A stretch of 61,026 nucleotides of DNA, the filler included. It is 7 parts of 7 records of this genome, joined end to end, with 100 filler letters (N's around TTAATTAATTAA, not from the genome) between each part and the next. Parts side by side here need not be neighbours in the genome. Positions count along the whole stretch, not along the records: positions 1 to 9,510 come from SRR31156797_31151; positions 9,611 to 25,239 come from SRR31156797_31157; 5 more parts are not named here. One strand, written 5' to 3'. Every line of letters starts with the position of its first letter. Position 1 is the stretch's first letter. Positions 1 to 9,930 of the stretch are shown one piece after another. Under the pieces are notes generated by a model. The model was not told the DNA's origin, did not search any database, and was given only the letters and a program-made list of their open reading frames with translations. The position numbers and the translations under genes are program-made.

Positions 1-340
1 GAGCCATGACGACAAAGTGATTTATGCTCTATCTCATATCAACGATAACTATTCACAGCTGACAGAGTTAGAGCCTGTGGCTGATATGGCTAAGCTTTCA
101 TCTCGTCAGCTTACTAAGAGTATTAAGCACCTAACAGGGATGAGCTATAACCAGTACTTACATTACATTCGAGCCAGCAAAGCGTTATCAAGGCTGCTCT
201 ATAGCGATAAGTCGATAACGGATATTGCGTTTGAAGTTGGCTATCACGACAGTAATTATTTCTCGACTAAGTTTAAGCAAGTGTTCAATGTCACGCCGAG
301 AGATGCTCGTTTAGGAAAAGAAAGAGCAGCCATTCGCTAG
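1..340 (+). CDS. AraC-family transcriptional regulator, C-terminal HTH part (5' truncated by window edge)
   Basis: Double-HTH AraC signature 'SITDIAFEVGYHDSNYFSTKFKQVFNVTP'. Confidence 0.9.
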   Translation, partial: SHDDKVIYALSHINDNYSQLTELEPVADMAKLSSRQLTKSIKHLTGMSYNQYLHYIRASKALSRLLYSDKSITDIAFEVGYHDSNYFSTKFKQVFNVTPRDARLGKERAAIR

Positions 341-774
341 CTGCTCTGAGGTAAGTTGTTTATCACAAGTCCGAGTTGGTTTTCGCTGTCAATGACAATG
401 ATCTGCATGGCTGTGTTTCCGCAATAAGGGATCAATATTTGTCGTGTTTTCGTATCTTCCGGTGTTATTTGGCTAACTATGGTACCGAATAGGTTATCGT
501 CGGAAGTGACTAAAACCTCCGACGATACCGGTTGACCATTACGGCTTATTTTAAACACGGTCTTTTGGGCACTGGCAAAGTTCCCGTTCACTAATTCAAT
601 GCGATAGCCTTCATTTTCACACGCTTGATTGACGAGTTGGCAGTCAAGAGCGGCATAGTTTTCTACCGAACCGACAAATTCCATTTTCTTGTCAAATTGC
701 AGTAGGTTAGGGGCTGAGTAACCGACCAAAAATACCGCTACGATGAGAATAAGTTTTATCGCTAAGGATTTCAT
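337..774 (-). CDS. Hypothetical membrane-anchored/periplasmic protein with C-x6-C and 'PYC' motifs
   Basis: N-terminal hydrophobic segment; CQLVNQAC and IPYC; its ATG overlaps the MCP stop (ATGA at 771-774). Confidence 0.7.
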   Translation of the reverse strand: MKSLAIKLILIVAVFLVGYSAPNLLQFDKKMEFVGSVENYAALDCQLVNQACENEGYRIELVNGNFASAQKTVFKISRNGQPVSSEVLVTSDDNLFGTIVSQITPEDTKTRQILIPYCGNTAMQIIVIDSENQLGLVINNLPQSS

Positions 775-2231
775 AGAACGAATCTGTTACTTAGTTGTGA
801 TAATTGCTCCATTGATGATGTCAGCGCTTTTATTGATGATTTTTGACTGGTCGACTTCTCTTCCATAATTTGAGTTGAGTCTTTAACCCCCGTCATATTT
901 TGATTGATTTGATCCAACGCAGAACCTTGTTGTTGGATAGTGTCCGACACAAAGTTCATCTGCGAACTTACCTGATTGATATTGTTAGAAATCGCATTGG
1001 TGACGTCGATGATCGTGTTGACTGCATCTGAAACATCGTTGGAGTAATTCGACATATTGCTAATGTTGTCTGTCGATAGTTTGATGTTTTTATCTAATGC
1101 TGACAACGACTTCGCAATTTCTTCTACGCTCGACCCGGTACGATTCGCAAGTTGGCGAACTTCGTCAGCGACAACGGCAAAGCCTCGGCCTGCTTCTCCA
1201 GCTCTCGCTGCTTCAATAGAAGCATTTAGAGCAAGTAAGTTAGTTTGCTCTGAGATACCCGTAATCGCTTCCAGTATTGTATGAATATTTTGCGTATCAC
1301 TGACCACATGCTCTATGTTGTCTTTTGTTGTGACAACTGCCTGTCTAAGTTTTTCAAGATTGTCCTGACAGTGGTTGGATTGATTTAATGCTTGTTGGCT
1401 TAACTCATTTGCTTGTTGAGTGTCTTGGTAGCAGGACTGAGTAGATTCTGTCACTCGGTTGAAAGAGTCACCTAATTGGTCAATAGCAGCAGCGACCATT
1501 TCGGTATTTGCAGCATTGTGAGTGATTTCGTTATCGACAGACCCAACGCTTTCAACCAGTGTGCTCGATACTTGTGTAATATCGTGAATGGCCTGTTTCT
1601 GAATATTCGCAGTATTCTGTAGTTGCTTAATGATCTGATTGAAACGAACAAAAAATTGATCATCGGACTTCAATTCGACATCCAAATGTAACTTATCTTG
1701 CTGAACGACTTGCTCAACCGTATTGCTAACATAGCTCATTCTTCTCATGTTCTTATCCAGCATTAGACATGCATAAATAGAGACACTGGCCTGGAAGATA
1801 GCGTAGAGACAATGTTCAATAACGAGTGTGTATGGGCTATTCGGTGGAAATATAAATACAGGCGATCCTGTGCTCTGTAGCCAGAAAAACACAATATGAT
1901 GTATCGCTGCAGCCACGAGGCCATGCAACACCATTAACCAATCGTTATAAATCATTAGAAGTGCGAGTAAAATGAACACCTCGAAGTGCAGCATAATATC
2001 GCCGTAGGCTTGATGAATATGCAGTGCAACAAAGCCATAAAGTACGTACGGCAAGGCAATTCGAAACCTTCGTCTATTGAGCAGTAAAGACATCGCTGCT
2101 AAACCCAACGTGACGAGTAGGTCAGCGTTGGCATACCCATAGCGAGCAAAATAGACAAACGAAAGTATCGTCATTGGAATACTAATGACATAGGTCTTTT
2201 GCGAAAAAGAGAGTTCTCGATCAAATTGCAT
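771..2231 (-). CDS. Methyl-accepting chemotaxis protein with multi-TM His-rich N-terminal sensor domain
   Basis: MCP hairpin tip '[31 protein letters not shown]'; several hydrophobic helices with His residues in the first ~160 aa. Confidence 0.93.
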   Translation of the reverse strand: MQFDRELSFSQKTYVISIPMTILSFVYFARYGYANADLLVTLGLAAMSLLLNRRRFRIALPYVLYGFVALHIHQAYGDIMLHFEVFILLALLMIYNDWLMVLHGLVAAAIHHIVFFWLQSTGSPVFIFPPNSPYTLVIEHCLYAIFQASVSIYACLMLDKNMRRMSYVSNTVEQVVQQDKLHLDVELKSDDQFFVRFNQIIKQLQNTANIQKQAIHDITQVSSTLVESVGSVDNEITHNAANTEMVAAAIDQLGDSFNRVTESTQSCYQDTQQANELSQQALNQSNHCQDNLEKLRQAVVTTKDNIEHVVSDTQNIHTILEAITGISEQTNLLALNASIEAARAGEAGRGFAVVADEVRQLANRTGSSVEEIAKSLSALDKNIKLSTDNISNMSNYSNDVSDAVNTIIDVTNAISNNINQVSSQMNFVSDTIQQQGSALDQINQNMTGVKDSTQIMEEKSTSQKSSIKALTSSMEQLSQLSNRFVL

Positions 2232-2413
2232 AGCACGGTTTCTATCTGTTTTATGATTTGGATTTCAGTGTAATTTCGAATCTACTTAATTAGTAATGAG
2301 TAATCTTTGATTTCAGTATGTGTTTTGCTCATTTATATAGTTATATTGAATAATTAATTAAATGACGGGTTGCTAGGTGAACACCATATAAGGTGAATAC
2401 TTGACGGAAAATT

Positions 2414-3727
2414 TTATTTTCCAACTAAGTTACTGACGGTGTCAGCGACGTTCTGAGCGCCACCGCGAATATCACAAATGAGTGTTTGAGTTTCTTGAAG
2501 TTGTTTGTTGCACTCGATGACTTTCTTTTGAATATCCGCCATGGTTTGTTCTGAAACGGCAGTCAATTCACTATTACGCTTAACAATATCGCCAATCTCA
2601 TCGGTCGCCTGCGAGGTATTCGAAGCGAGTTTACGAACTTCATCTGCAACAACGGCAAAACCTCTACCGGCTTCTCCTGCTCTAGCTGCCTCTATGGCGG
2701 CATTGAGTGCCAACAGGTTAGTTTGGTCTGCAATACTCGAGATGGTGGTTACAATATTCGTGATTTGCTGAGACTGCTCAGCAAGCTGCCCCATCAACTC
2801 CGTAGCGCGTACGACTGAACCATCGATTTGGCTAGCAATATCAGTGGCGGCGTCTAACGTTTCTCCACCATGCTGAGCAATACCTAAGGTATCAAGAGAG
2901 GTTTGTTGAGCCATTTTAGAAGCTTCTCTTATTGCTTGCTGGTGTAGGATTCGGTCGGTGATATTGCTGGCGAGTTTGATGACACGAACAACTCTGCCTT
3001 GCTGGTCAACAATAGGGTTGTAGGTCGCTTCTAACCAAAGTACCTCTCCAAACTTGTTTCTGCGCTCAAAAAGGCCTGACTTATACTCACCTCTCGCCAG
3101 TGACGGCCAGAAATCTTTATTGTCTTGAATGAACTCATCTGTGCAGAAGATAGAATGATGTTGCCCCTGAATTTCACTTAATGAGTAACCCACAGTGCGA
3201 CAAAAATTGTCATTTGCGCTAAGGATATTGCCTTGAGGTGTAAACTCAATGTACGCCAGTGATTTCATTATGGCGTCACTGGCGGCTTCCTGACTGTCTA
3301 ACCGCTTTCTCTCTGCTGTAACGTCACTGGCAACTTTTACGACTTTTTCTACTTTGCCAGTCTCGTCTGTGACTGGGATATATGTGGCTTCAATCCAGAG
3401 ATCATTACCATCTTTTTTGACTCTTCTAAAAGTGTTGTGTTGAGGCTTACCTTGGGCAAGTTCACGCCAAAATGCTTGGTAAGAGGAAGAAGACGTTAAT
3501 GTGGAATCGCAAAAGATACGGTGATGCTTGTTGACCACTTCTTCCAGTGAGTAACCCACCGCTGCTAAAAAGTGGTTGTTTGCATACAAAATGTTTCCTT
3601 CAGAAGAAAACTCGATATAAGGAACATGATGTTTGATGGCTGATAAAACCATTAAAGCAGAGCGAGCTTCAATACATTCGATATCAGACTTTTGTTGCTG
3701 CTTATTTTTACGGTTAAACGGAAACAT
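2414..3727 (-). CDS. Cytoplasmic PAS-PAS methyl-accepting chemotaxis protein (BdlA-like)
   Basis: Two similar PAS/PAC repeats (IEF..GNIL.AN..F...VGYSL.E....HH.IFC ... W.EATY.P) plus a short MCP signalling domain; no TM. Confidence 0.93.
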   Translation of the reverse strand: MFPFNRKNKQQQKSDIECIEARSALMVLSAIKHHVPYIEFSSEGNILYANNHFLAAVGYSLEEVVNKHHRIFCDSTLTSSSSYQAFWRELAQGKPQHNTFRRVKKDGNDLWIEATYIPVTDETGKVEKVVKVASDVTAERKRLDSQEAASDAIMKSLAYIEFTPQGNILSANDNFCRTVGYSLSEIQGQHHSIFCTDEFIQDNKDFWPSLARGEYKSGLFERRNKFGEVLWLEATYNPIVDQQGRVVRVIKLASNITDRILHQQAIREASKMAQQTSLDTLGIAQHGGETLDAATDIASQIDGSVVRATELMGQLAEQSQQITNIVTTISSIADQTNLLALNAAIEAARAGEAGRGFAVVADEVRKLASNTSQATDEIGDIVKRNSELTAVSEQTMADIQKKVIECNKQLQETQTLICDIRGGAQNVADTVSNLVGK

Positions 3728-4103
3728 ATGTTGCCTCGAAATCAGTTGTGATTGGTTTGAATAGAGTAGAGCTACAGCCTTTTGAGGTATTTATGACCTA
3801 GCAGACGCAATGGAACAACTCGTATAAGTGTACATCATATTAGCGAATGGCGAACTATAAATATTGTACATAAAAATATTTTGTATCACTATTGTTTGTG
3901 TAAAACAATTTTAAAAAGAGAGCAATATTATGCTTGTTTCGAGCAAGTTGTTACCCATGTGTGCAATTGTTTGCACTGGTTTGTGGGGTTGTAATTTAAT
4001 TGTTTGAATTTACGAGATTTTTATGGCGGTACCGTTATTGCTATACATGCCCACTGTCTTTAATTAATCCGTTGAAATTTCAACAACGTTTGGGAGTGTA
4101 TAC

Positions 4104-4427
4104 ATGAGAGCTTTGAGTAAATTTTTAATAGGTGCTGTGAGCGTATTTTTTCTTTTGCTGGGAATTGCTGGCATTTTATTGTCAGGATTGTTTGCCTCAA
4201 TGATTCAAGGGGCTGGTGCACTGAGTTCATTGATGGCATTTATGCCGTTTATTTTAATTTGTCTCTCAGTGCTTGGCTTCTGGTCAGTTATTAAAGATGT
4301 TCGCCCTGCTCAATACACGGTAGCGATTTTTGTTTTACTTGGGTGGCCTGCAGGTACGGTTGTTGGGGCGATCATTATTGCCACGCTGTTGTTAAGTGAA
4401 GGGAAAGCATCAAAGTCAGCGGCTTAG
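4104..4427 (+). CDS. Hypothetical small integral membrane protein
   Basis: GGAG RBS, 107 aa almost entirely hydrophobic helices, followed by a hairpin terminator. Confidence 0.7.
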   Translation: MRALSKFLIGAVSVFFLLLGIAGILLSGLFASMIQGAGALSSLMAFMPFILICLSVLGFWSVIKDVRPAQYTVAIFVLLGWPAGTVVGAIIIATLLLSEGKASKSAA

Positions 4428-4465
4428 CATAGTATCGGGTAAGTTATCTTTTTACCGTCAAAAAC

Positions 4466-4500
4466 GAAAAAGCCTGATGAGATTCCTCATCAGGCTTTTC
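4466..4500. terminator. Bidirectional intrinsic terminator between the small membrane gene and the tRNA
   Basis: AAAAGCCTGATGAG-attc-CTCATCAGGCTTTT perfect stem flanked by A/T runs. Confidence 0.85.
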
Positions 4501-4506
4501 TTTATC

Positions 4507-4582
4507 TGGTGGCCCCTCGCAGACTTGAACTGCGGACCAATCGATTATGAGTCGACTGCTCTAACCACTGAGCTAAGGGGCC
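4507..4582 (-). tRNA. ileX: tRNA-Ile2 (anticodon CAT, lysidine-modified; ileX-type)
   Basis: Minus strand GGCCCCTTAGCTCAGTGGTTAGAGCAGTCGACTCATAATCGATTGGTCCGCAGTTCAAGTCTGCGAGGGGCCACCA, 76 nt with CCA. The GGCCCCT acceptor stem and the position downstream of rpoD match enterobacterial ileX rather than tRNA-Met. Confidence 0.93.
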
Positions 4583-4595
4583 GAATAGGTGAATG

Positions 4596-4624
4596 ATTAT
4601 AGGGGAAGGGTTAAGGTGTGTCTA
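4596..4624 (-). promoter_or_regulatory. sigma70 promoter of tRNA-Ile2
   Basis: TAGACA-N17-TATAAT on the minus strand just upstream of the tRNA. Confidence 0.7.
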
Positions 4625-4680
4625 GACGCAAAGTAGGGTAATAGCGCTTAGTTTTTATCCACTTAGAATGTCAGATAATA

Positions 4681-4709
4681 AAAAAGGTGAGCCATAGCTC
4701 ACCTTTTAT
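4681..4709 (-). terminator. rpoD operon terminator
   Basis: AAAAGGTGAGC-cata-GCTCACCTTTT hairpin right after the rpoD stop, U-run on the minus strand. Confidence 0.85.
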
Positions 4710-4725
4710 TCAATTTTGCTTGGTA

Positions 4726-6585
4726 TTACTCGTCAAGGAAGCTGCGCAGAGTTTCTGAACGGCTTGGGTGACGCAGTTTACGCAGAGCTTTCGCTTCGAT
4801 CTGACGAATACGTTCACGAGTTACGTCGAACTGCTTACCCACTTCTTCCAAAGTGTGGTCAGTGTTCATATCGATACCGAAACGCATACGCAGTACTTTT
4901 GCTTCACGAGGTGTTAAACCTGCTAGAACGTCGCGAGTTGCGCCTCTTAGGCTCGTCGATGTTGCTGAGTCTAGAGGGAGTTCTAGGGTAGTATCCTCGA
5001 TGAAATCACCTAGATGCGAATCTTCGTCGTCACCGATTGGTGTCTCCATTGAGATTGGCTCTTTAGCAATTTTCAGTACTTTACGGATCTTGTCTTCCGG
5101 CATTTGCATACGTTCTGCCAATTCTTCTGGCAGAGGCTCACGGCCCATTTCTTGTAGCATTTGACGAGAGATACGGTTCAGTTTGTTGATCGTTTCGATC
5201 ATGTGAACCGGAATACGGATCGTACGTGCTTGGTCTGCGATTGAACGAGTGATTGCCTGACGGATCCACCACGTTGCGTAAGTCGAGAACTTGTAACCAC
5301 GACGGTATTCAAACTTATCTACTGCTTTCATCAAGCCGATGTTACCTTCCTGGATAAGATCCAAGAACTGTAAGCCACGGTTGGTGTATTTCTTCGCGAT
5401 AGAAATAACAAGACGTAAGTTCGCTTCAACCATCTCTTTCTTCGCACGACGAGCTTTAGCTTCACCGATAGACATGCGACGGCTGATATCTTTAATACGG
5501 TTAACCGTTAAAGATGTTTCCTGTTCGATAATACGCAGTTTCTGGATTGAACGACGGATATCTTCTTCATCGTCGCGGATTTTATCCACGTAAGGTTTGT
5601 CAGAAGATAGAACTTGGTCAAACCAAGCTTCATCAGATTCGTTACCAGTAAATACCGAAATGAAAGATTTCTTCGGCATTTTTGCTTTTTCTACTACAGC
5701 ACGCATGATCAAACGCTCTTGTGTACGTACGCGATCCATAGAGGTACGTAGCGTGTTCACAAGGTGATCAAACTGTTTAGGTGTTAAGCGGAACTCACGG
5801 AATACGTCGAGTACGAGCTGAGTTGCTTCTTGAGCTTTCGCACTGTCATCGCCGTGTTCGTTAATCGCTAACTGTAAGTTCTGATATTGATTACGAAGAG
5901 CCGTGAACTTCTCTAGAGCAAGCTCTGGGTCGATGCCAACATCTTCATCTTCGTCGTCATCGCTGTCGTCTTTCTCTTCGTCGTCTTCATCTTCATCGTC
6001 TTCGTCTTCCAGGTCTGAACCTGTTAACTCGGAACCGATGTGAGTTGCAGTAGGCGCTTCGCTTTCAACATCATCAGGGTCGACAAAACCGTTGATAAGG
6101 TCTGTTAGGCGTAGCTCTTCTGCTTGAACTTTATCGAACTGCTCAAGGATGTAGGGGATGGTGCCAGGGTACTCAGCAACTGCGCTCTGTACTTGGTTAA
6201 TACCATCTTCGATTCGCTTCGCGATATCGATTTCACCTTCGCGAGTTAGTAGTTCTACAGTACCCATCTCACGCATATACATACGTACAGGGTCGGTAGT
6301 ACGACCAATCTCGCTTTCTACGCTTGATAGCGCAGCAGCAGCAGCTTCAGCTGCATCTTCATCGGTGATGGTTTCATCATCGTTAAGTGCTAGATCATCA
6401 GCGTCAGGGGCGGTTTCTACAACCTTAATACCCATGTCGTTGATCATCTGAATAATATCTTCTACCTGCTCAGAATCTACGATCTCTGCTGGTAGGTGGT
6501 CATTTACTTCGGCGTAGGTCAGATAGCCCTGCTCTTTGCCACGAATGACAAGTTGCTTAAGCTGTGACTGCGGATTTTGATCCAT
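4726..6585 (-). CDS. rpoD: RNA polymerase sigma factor RpoD (sigma70)
   Basis: Region 1.1, acidic non-conserved region, '[39 protein letters not shown]' and region-4 HTH. Confidence 0.99.
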   Translation of the reverse strand: MDQNPQSQLKQLVIRGKEQGYLTYAEVNDHLPAEIVDSEQVEDIIQMINDMGIKVVETAPDADDLALNDDETITDEDAAEAAAAALSSVESEIGRTTDPVRMYMREMGTVELLTREGEIDIAKRIEDGINQVQSAVAEYPGTIPYILEQFDKVQAEELRLTDLINGFVDPDDVESEAPTATHIGSELTGSDLEDEDDEDEDDEEKDDSDDDEDEDVGIDPELALEKFTALRNQYQNLQLAINEHGDDSAKAQEATQLVLDVFREFRLTPKQFDHLVNTLRTSMDRVRTQERLIMRAVVEKAKMPKKSFISVFTGNESDEAWFDQVLSSDKPYVDKIRDDEEDIRRSIQKLRIIEQETSLTVNRIKDISRRMSIGEAKARRAKKEMVEANLRLVISIAKKYTNRGLQFLDLIQEGNIGLMKAVDKFEYRRGYKFSTYATWWIRQAITRSIADQARTIRIPVHMIETINKLNRISRQMLQEMGREPLPEELAERMQMPEDKIRKVLKIAKEPISMETPIGDDEDSHLGDFIEDTTLELPLDSATSTSLRGATRDVLAGLTPREAKVLRMRFGIDMNTDHTLEEVGKQFDVTRERIRQIEAKALRKLRHPSRSETLRSFLDE

Positions 6586-6682
6586 AGACGGTATCCAACT
6601 TCGTATCTGGTGAAGGAATAGTATGCGAAATGCAAACCACGAATAATAACAAATTTATTTGTTGCTGACTATTCAAACAGGG

Positions 6683-8431
6683 TTACGCTTTCAAATCTCC
6701 AATAATGAGATCCTGAAGCTCCCTTCTTTCGTCGACTGATAAGCCGATACTTCTTTCTTTTGCCTGCAAATTTTCAATTTGTTTCTCTACGCATTGGACA
6801 AGTATTTTGTCCAATGAGTCAAAAAATAGTTCTCTTTGGTTGTCTTCTACAAGTGGTATGTCCCAACTTGCTAGGCGAGCCAATAATGCCTCTGTTTTTG
6901 TGTTGCGCCAATGCTCTAACAACTGGCCGGTAGTGATATTGGGGCGTTGTCGACATTTTTCAACGACTTCTGTTAACAAATTCAATCCTGGAATGTCCAA
7001 ACCTTCAGTCGTAGTGAGGTCTGGCACCATTTCAGCATAGCTCGGATTTTGCAGAAGCAAAGCAATTACATCCCTCATTGGCGTCCGCTTAATTTCTTTA
7101 TGCGGTTGAGGTCGAGTTTTTGATTCTGTTGGCAGCGTCGGTTTTTTATAGATACCCGTAGTTTGACCAAGAATTTTAAGTAATTGGTCTTGCATTGATT
7201 CATCTGGCACCTTGTGAATCAATGGCAAGGCTATAGCTTCTAATGCGGCTTTGCCTTCGTTATTCCCTACATTGACTTGCTGCAATAAGTTCGAGAACAG
7301 GTATTTGGATAACGGTTCGGCATTTTGTACCAGCTGTTCAAATGCATCTTTACCATTTTTGCGGATATAGCTATCTGGATCTTCTCCATCCGGAAGAAAG
7401 AGGAATTTCAGAATGTTTCCACTTTTCAGATAGCTAAGGGCATTTTCCAATGCTCTCCATGCCGCTTCGCGTCCCGCTCTGTCGCCATCGTAACAGCAGA
7501 CAACGGTATTGGTTTGTCTGAACAGTAGCTGAAGGTGATCGCCTGTTGTTGATGTCCCCAATGACGCTACAGAGTAGTCCACACCATACTGAGCTAACGC
7601 CACCACATCCATATAACCTTCGACCACTAATATTTGTGGTGGTTCACGATAAGCCTGTAATACTTCATATAAGCCGTACAGTTCTTTACCTTTATGGAAG
7701 ATAGGGGTTTCTGGAGAGTTCAGATACTTAGGCGTACCGTCACCAATGACACGGCCACCAAAACCAATAACTCGTCCACGACGATCTCGAATTGGGAACA
7801 TCACGCGGCCACGGAAGCGGTCGTAGCGGTTGCCTTTATCGTTTTCAATCAACATTCCGCCTGAAACAAGCATGTCTTGTGTCTGACGTTGCTGACCAAA
7901 GTTTTTACGCACTGCGTCCCACTCATCAGCAACATAACCGATGCCAAACTTCTGGACTATTTCGCCAGAAAGCCCACGATCTTTCAGGTATTCAATCGCA
8001 TGACGATTTGAAGATTGTTTGAGTTGCTGACGATAGAATTGGGCAATGCTGCCCATCAAATCATAAAGATTGCGTTTTTCTTCGGTACTAACTTTAGGCT
8101 TGTTGCTATTGAAGCCACTGTTTGAGCGCTCTTCTCTTGGTACTTCTAAACCAAGAGTAGAAGCCAGTTCTTCAATCGCTTCCGGGAACTCTAAACGTTC
8201 GTACTCCATCATGAAGTCGATGGCGTTACCGTGAACACCGCAGCCGAAACAGTGATAAAACTGCTTTTCCTGACTGACACTAAATGACGGTGTTTTTTCG
8301 TTGTGGAAGGGGCAGCATGCGCCGTAGTTTTTACCTTTTTTCTTAAGTTTTACGCGTGCGTCAATGATGTCGACAATATCAAGCCGAGCTAGGAGGTCAT
8401 CAATGAAACTACGAGGGATCTGTCCTGCCAT
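6683..8431 (-). CDS. dnaG: DNA primase
   Basis: CHC2 zinc finger (CPFHNEKTPSF...CFGC), 'KYLNSPET', TOPRIM 'EGYMDV...YDGDRAG'. Confidence 0.99.
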   Translation of the reverse strand: MAGQIPRSFIDDLLARLDIVDIIDARVKLKKKGKNYGACCPFHNEKTPSFSVSQEKQFYHCFGCGVHGNAIDFMMEYERLEFPEAIEELASTLGLEVPREERSNSGFNSNKPKVSTEEKRNLYDLMGSIAQFYRQQLKQSSNRHAIEYLKDRGLSGEIVQKFGIGYVADEWDAVRKNFGQQRQTQDMLVSGGMLIENDKGNRYDRFRGRVMFPIRDRRGRVIGFGGRVIGDGTPKYLNSPETPIFHKGKELYGLYEVLQAYREPPQILVVEGYMDVVALAQYGVDYSVASLGTSTTGDHLQLLFRQTNTVVCCYDGDRAGREAAWRALENALSYLKSGNILKFLFLPDGEDPDSYIRKNGKDAFEQLVQNAEPLSKYLFSNLLQQVNVGNNEGKAALEAIALPLIHKVPDESMQDQLLKILGQTTGIYKKPTLPTESKTRPQPHKEIKRTPMRDVIALLLQNPSYAEMVPDLTTTEGLDIPGLNLLTEVVEKCRQRPNITTGQLLEHWRNTKTEALLARLASWDIPLVEDNQRELFFDSLDKILVQCVEKQIENLQAKERSIGLSVDERRELQDLIIGDLKA

Positions 8432-8505
8432 AAAACCTAAAAAAAAGATAAAACTTAATCATTCATTCCTGCACCAGTTCAGTTGACTGGGAGGGATTAG
8501 ATACA

Positions 8506-8542
8506 AACAAGCCGTGCATTCAAAAGAATAGCACGGCTTGTT
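8506..8542 (-). terminator. Internal terminator/attenuator between yqeY and dnaG
   Basis: AACAAGCCGTGC ... GCACGGCTTGTT 12-bp stem, at the position of the internal terminator of the rpsU-dnaG-rpoD operon. Confidence 0.7.
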
Positions 8543-8558
8543 GCAATAGAGTTTGGGA

Positions 8559-9002
8559 TTAAGCCAGTTTAGCGCGAACTAAACCGCTGACTTTACCCAT
8601 ATCTGCACGGCCTTGAACTTGTGGTTTCAAGATTGCCATCACTTTACCCATGTCTTGCATACCTGCTGGTGATGATTCTGCGATAGCACTTTCAATCAGT
8701 GCAGCCACTTCATCTTCAGTCAGAGGTTGAGGCATAAATTCCTCAAGGACAGCGATTTCAGCTTGTTCCACATCAGCTAAATCTTGACGATTTGCTGCTT
8801 CATATTGCGATACAGAGTCGCGACGTTGTTTAACCATTTTAGTCAGTACAGCAACGATGTCGTCTTCGGTCAGAGTAATCTTCTCGTCAACTTCACGTTG
8901 TTTTATTGCTGAAAGGGCCAAACGAATAGTGCCAAGGCGCGCTTTGTCCTTGGCTTTCATCGCTAATTTCTGCTCTTCTCTGAGAGTATCAATAAGAGCC
9001 AT
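8559..9002 (-). CDS. GatB/YqeY domain protein
   Basis: 'KQRRDSVSQY...DLADVEQAEIAVLEEFMPQPL...DMGKVM...GRADMG'; usual position after rpsU. Confidence 0.95.
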   Translation of the reverse strand: MALIDTLREEQKLAMKAKDKARLGTIRLALSAIKQREVDEKITLTEDDIVAVLTKMVKQRRDSVSQYEAANRQDLADVEQAEIAVLEEFMPQPLTEDEVAALIESAIAESSPAGMQDMGKVMAILKPQVQGRADMGKVSGLVRAKLA

Positions 9003-9031
9003 AACTAGTTCCTTAAGTTAGGAAAGAGTTA

Positions 9032-9247
9032 TTAGTACAGGCGAACGCGACGAGCGTTTTCGCGAGCAAGCTTCTTAGCGTGACGCTTTTGAGCTGCTGC
9101 TTTAGCGCGTTTGCGAACTGTAGTTGGTTTTTCGTAGTGCTCACGACGACGCACTTCAGAAAGGATACCTGCTTTTTCGCAAGAGCGCTTGAAACGACGT
9201 AGTGCAACGTCGAACGGTTCGTTTTCACGTACTTTAACTACTGGCAT
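9032..9247 (-). CDS. rpsU: 30S ribosomal protein S21
   Basis: [27 protein letters not shown]...RLY. Confidence 0.99.
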
Positions 9248-9347
9248 ATGCCTTTCACCTCAGGGGTTATTCGTTAATGCTGATATTCAGTGACCAAAGC
9301 AATGTGTTTGCTTGGTCTATAATCAGCTAGATCAAAAATGGTGCGGA

Positions 9348-9377
9348 ATTTTAATCCGATCGATAGGGCTTTGTAAA
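9348..9377 (-). promoter_or_regulatory. rpsU operon sigma70 promoter
   Basis: TTTACA-N18-TAAAAT followed by TCCGCACC, similar to the enterobacterial rpsU promoter. Confidence 0.65.
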
Positions 9378-9460
9378 GCACTTTGTCGTCCAAAGCCTGT
9401 ACAAAATTTGTTTGTAGAGCGAAGCCGTTGTAACATTGCGCCAATTTCGAAATACAGATA

Positions 9461-9510
9461 GGGTCTGTTGACCTTTTTCGATGATTTTTGCAGCCATTTG
9501 TGAGTTCTTT
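9461..9510. mobile_element. Probable left terminus of a Vibrionaceae MITE-like interspersed repeat, truncated by contig end
   Basis: TA followed by GGGTCTGTTGACCTTT..., which I recognise as the terminus of a multicopy intergenic repeat in Vibrio-type genomes; the contig breaks inside it. Confidence 0.5.
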
Positions 9511-9610
9511 NNNNNNNNNNNNNNNNNNNNNNNNNNNNNNNNNNNNNNNNNNNNTTAATTAATTAANNNNNNNNNNNNNNNNNNNNNNNNNNNNNNNNNN
9601 NNNNNNNNNN
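9511..9610. other. Artificial contig spacer
   Basis: 44 N + TTAATTAATTAA (stops in all six frames) + 44 N. Confidence 0.98.
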
Positions 9611-9900
9611 AGATGCTGGCCATCGGCCGGGCCCTCATGGGGAATCCCCTCCTCATGCTGCTGGACGAGCCGAGCCAGGGGCTTGCGCCCCTTCTGGTGT
9701 ATGAGGTGATACAGCCCATTCTTCTGGTATGTGTTGAGGAAGGCCTCACCCTCCTGCTGGTGGAACAGAATTACCGTATGGCCTTGAAGGTGGCATCCCG
9801 CCATTACCTCATGGGGATCAAGGGTAAGATAGCAGGGACTGCCACTTCAGAGGAGTTGACGGCGGACGGCGATATTATTAAACGGCACCTCTCGGTCTAA
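9611..9900 (+). CDS. Branched-chain amino acid-type ABC transporter ATP-binding subunit (LivF-like), 3' part
   Basis: 'MLAIGRALMGNPLLMLLDEPSQGLAP...LLVEQN' (Walker B/D-loop, LivF-type switch). Confidence 0.88.
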
Positions 9901-9930
9901 AGATCGGGATGAAGGTGCAGGAGGTGTAAA

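Noticed and set aside
5935-6010. TCATC/TCGTC-rich low-complexity repeat
   Set aside because: Encodes the normal acidic Asp/Glu stretch of the RpoD non-conserved region
9555-9566. TTAATTAATTAA repeated six times in the window
   Set aside because: Always centred in N runs of identical length; it is an assembly linker with stops in all frames, not a biological repeat or CRISPR
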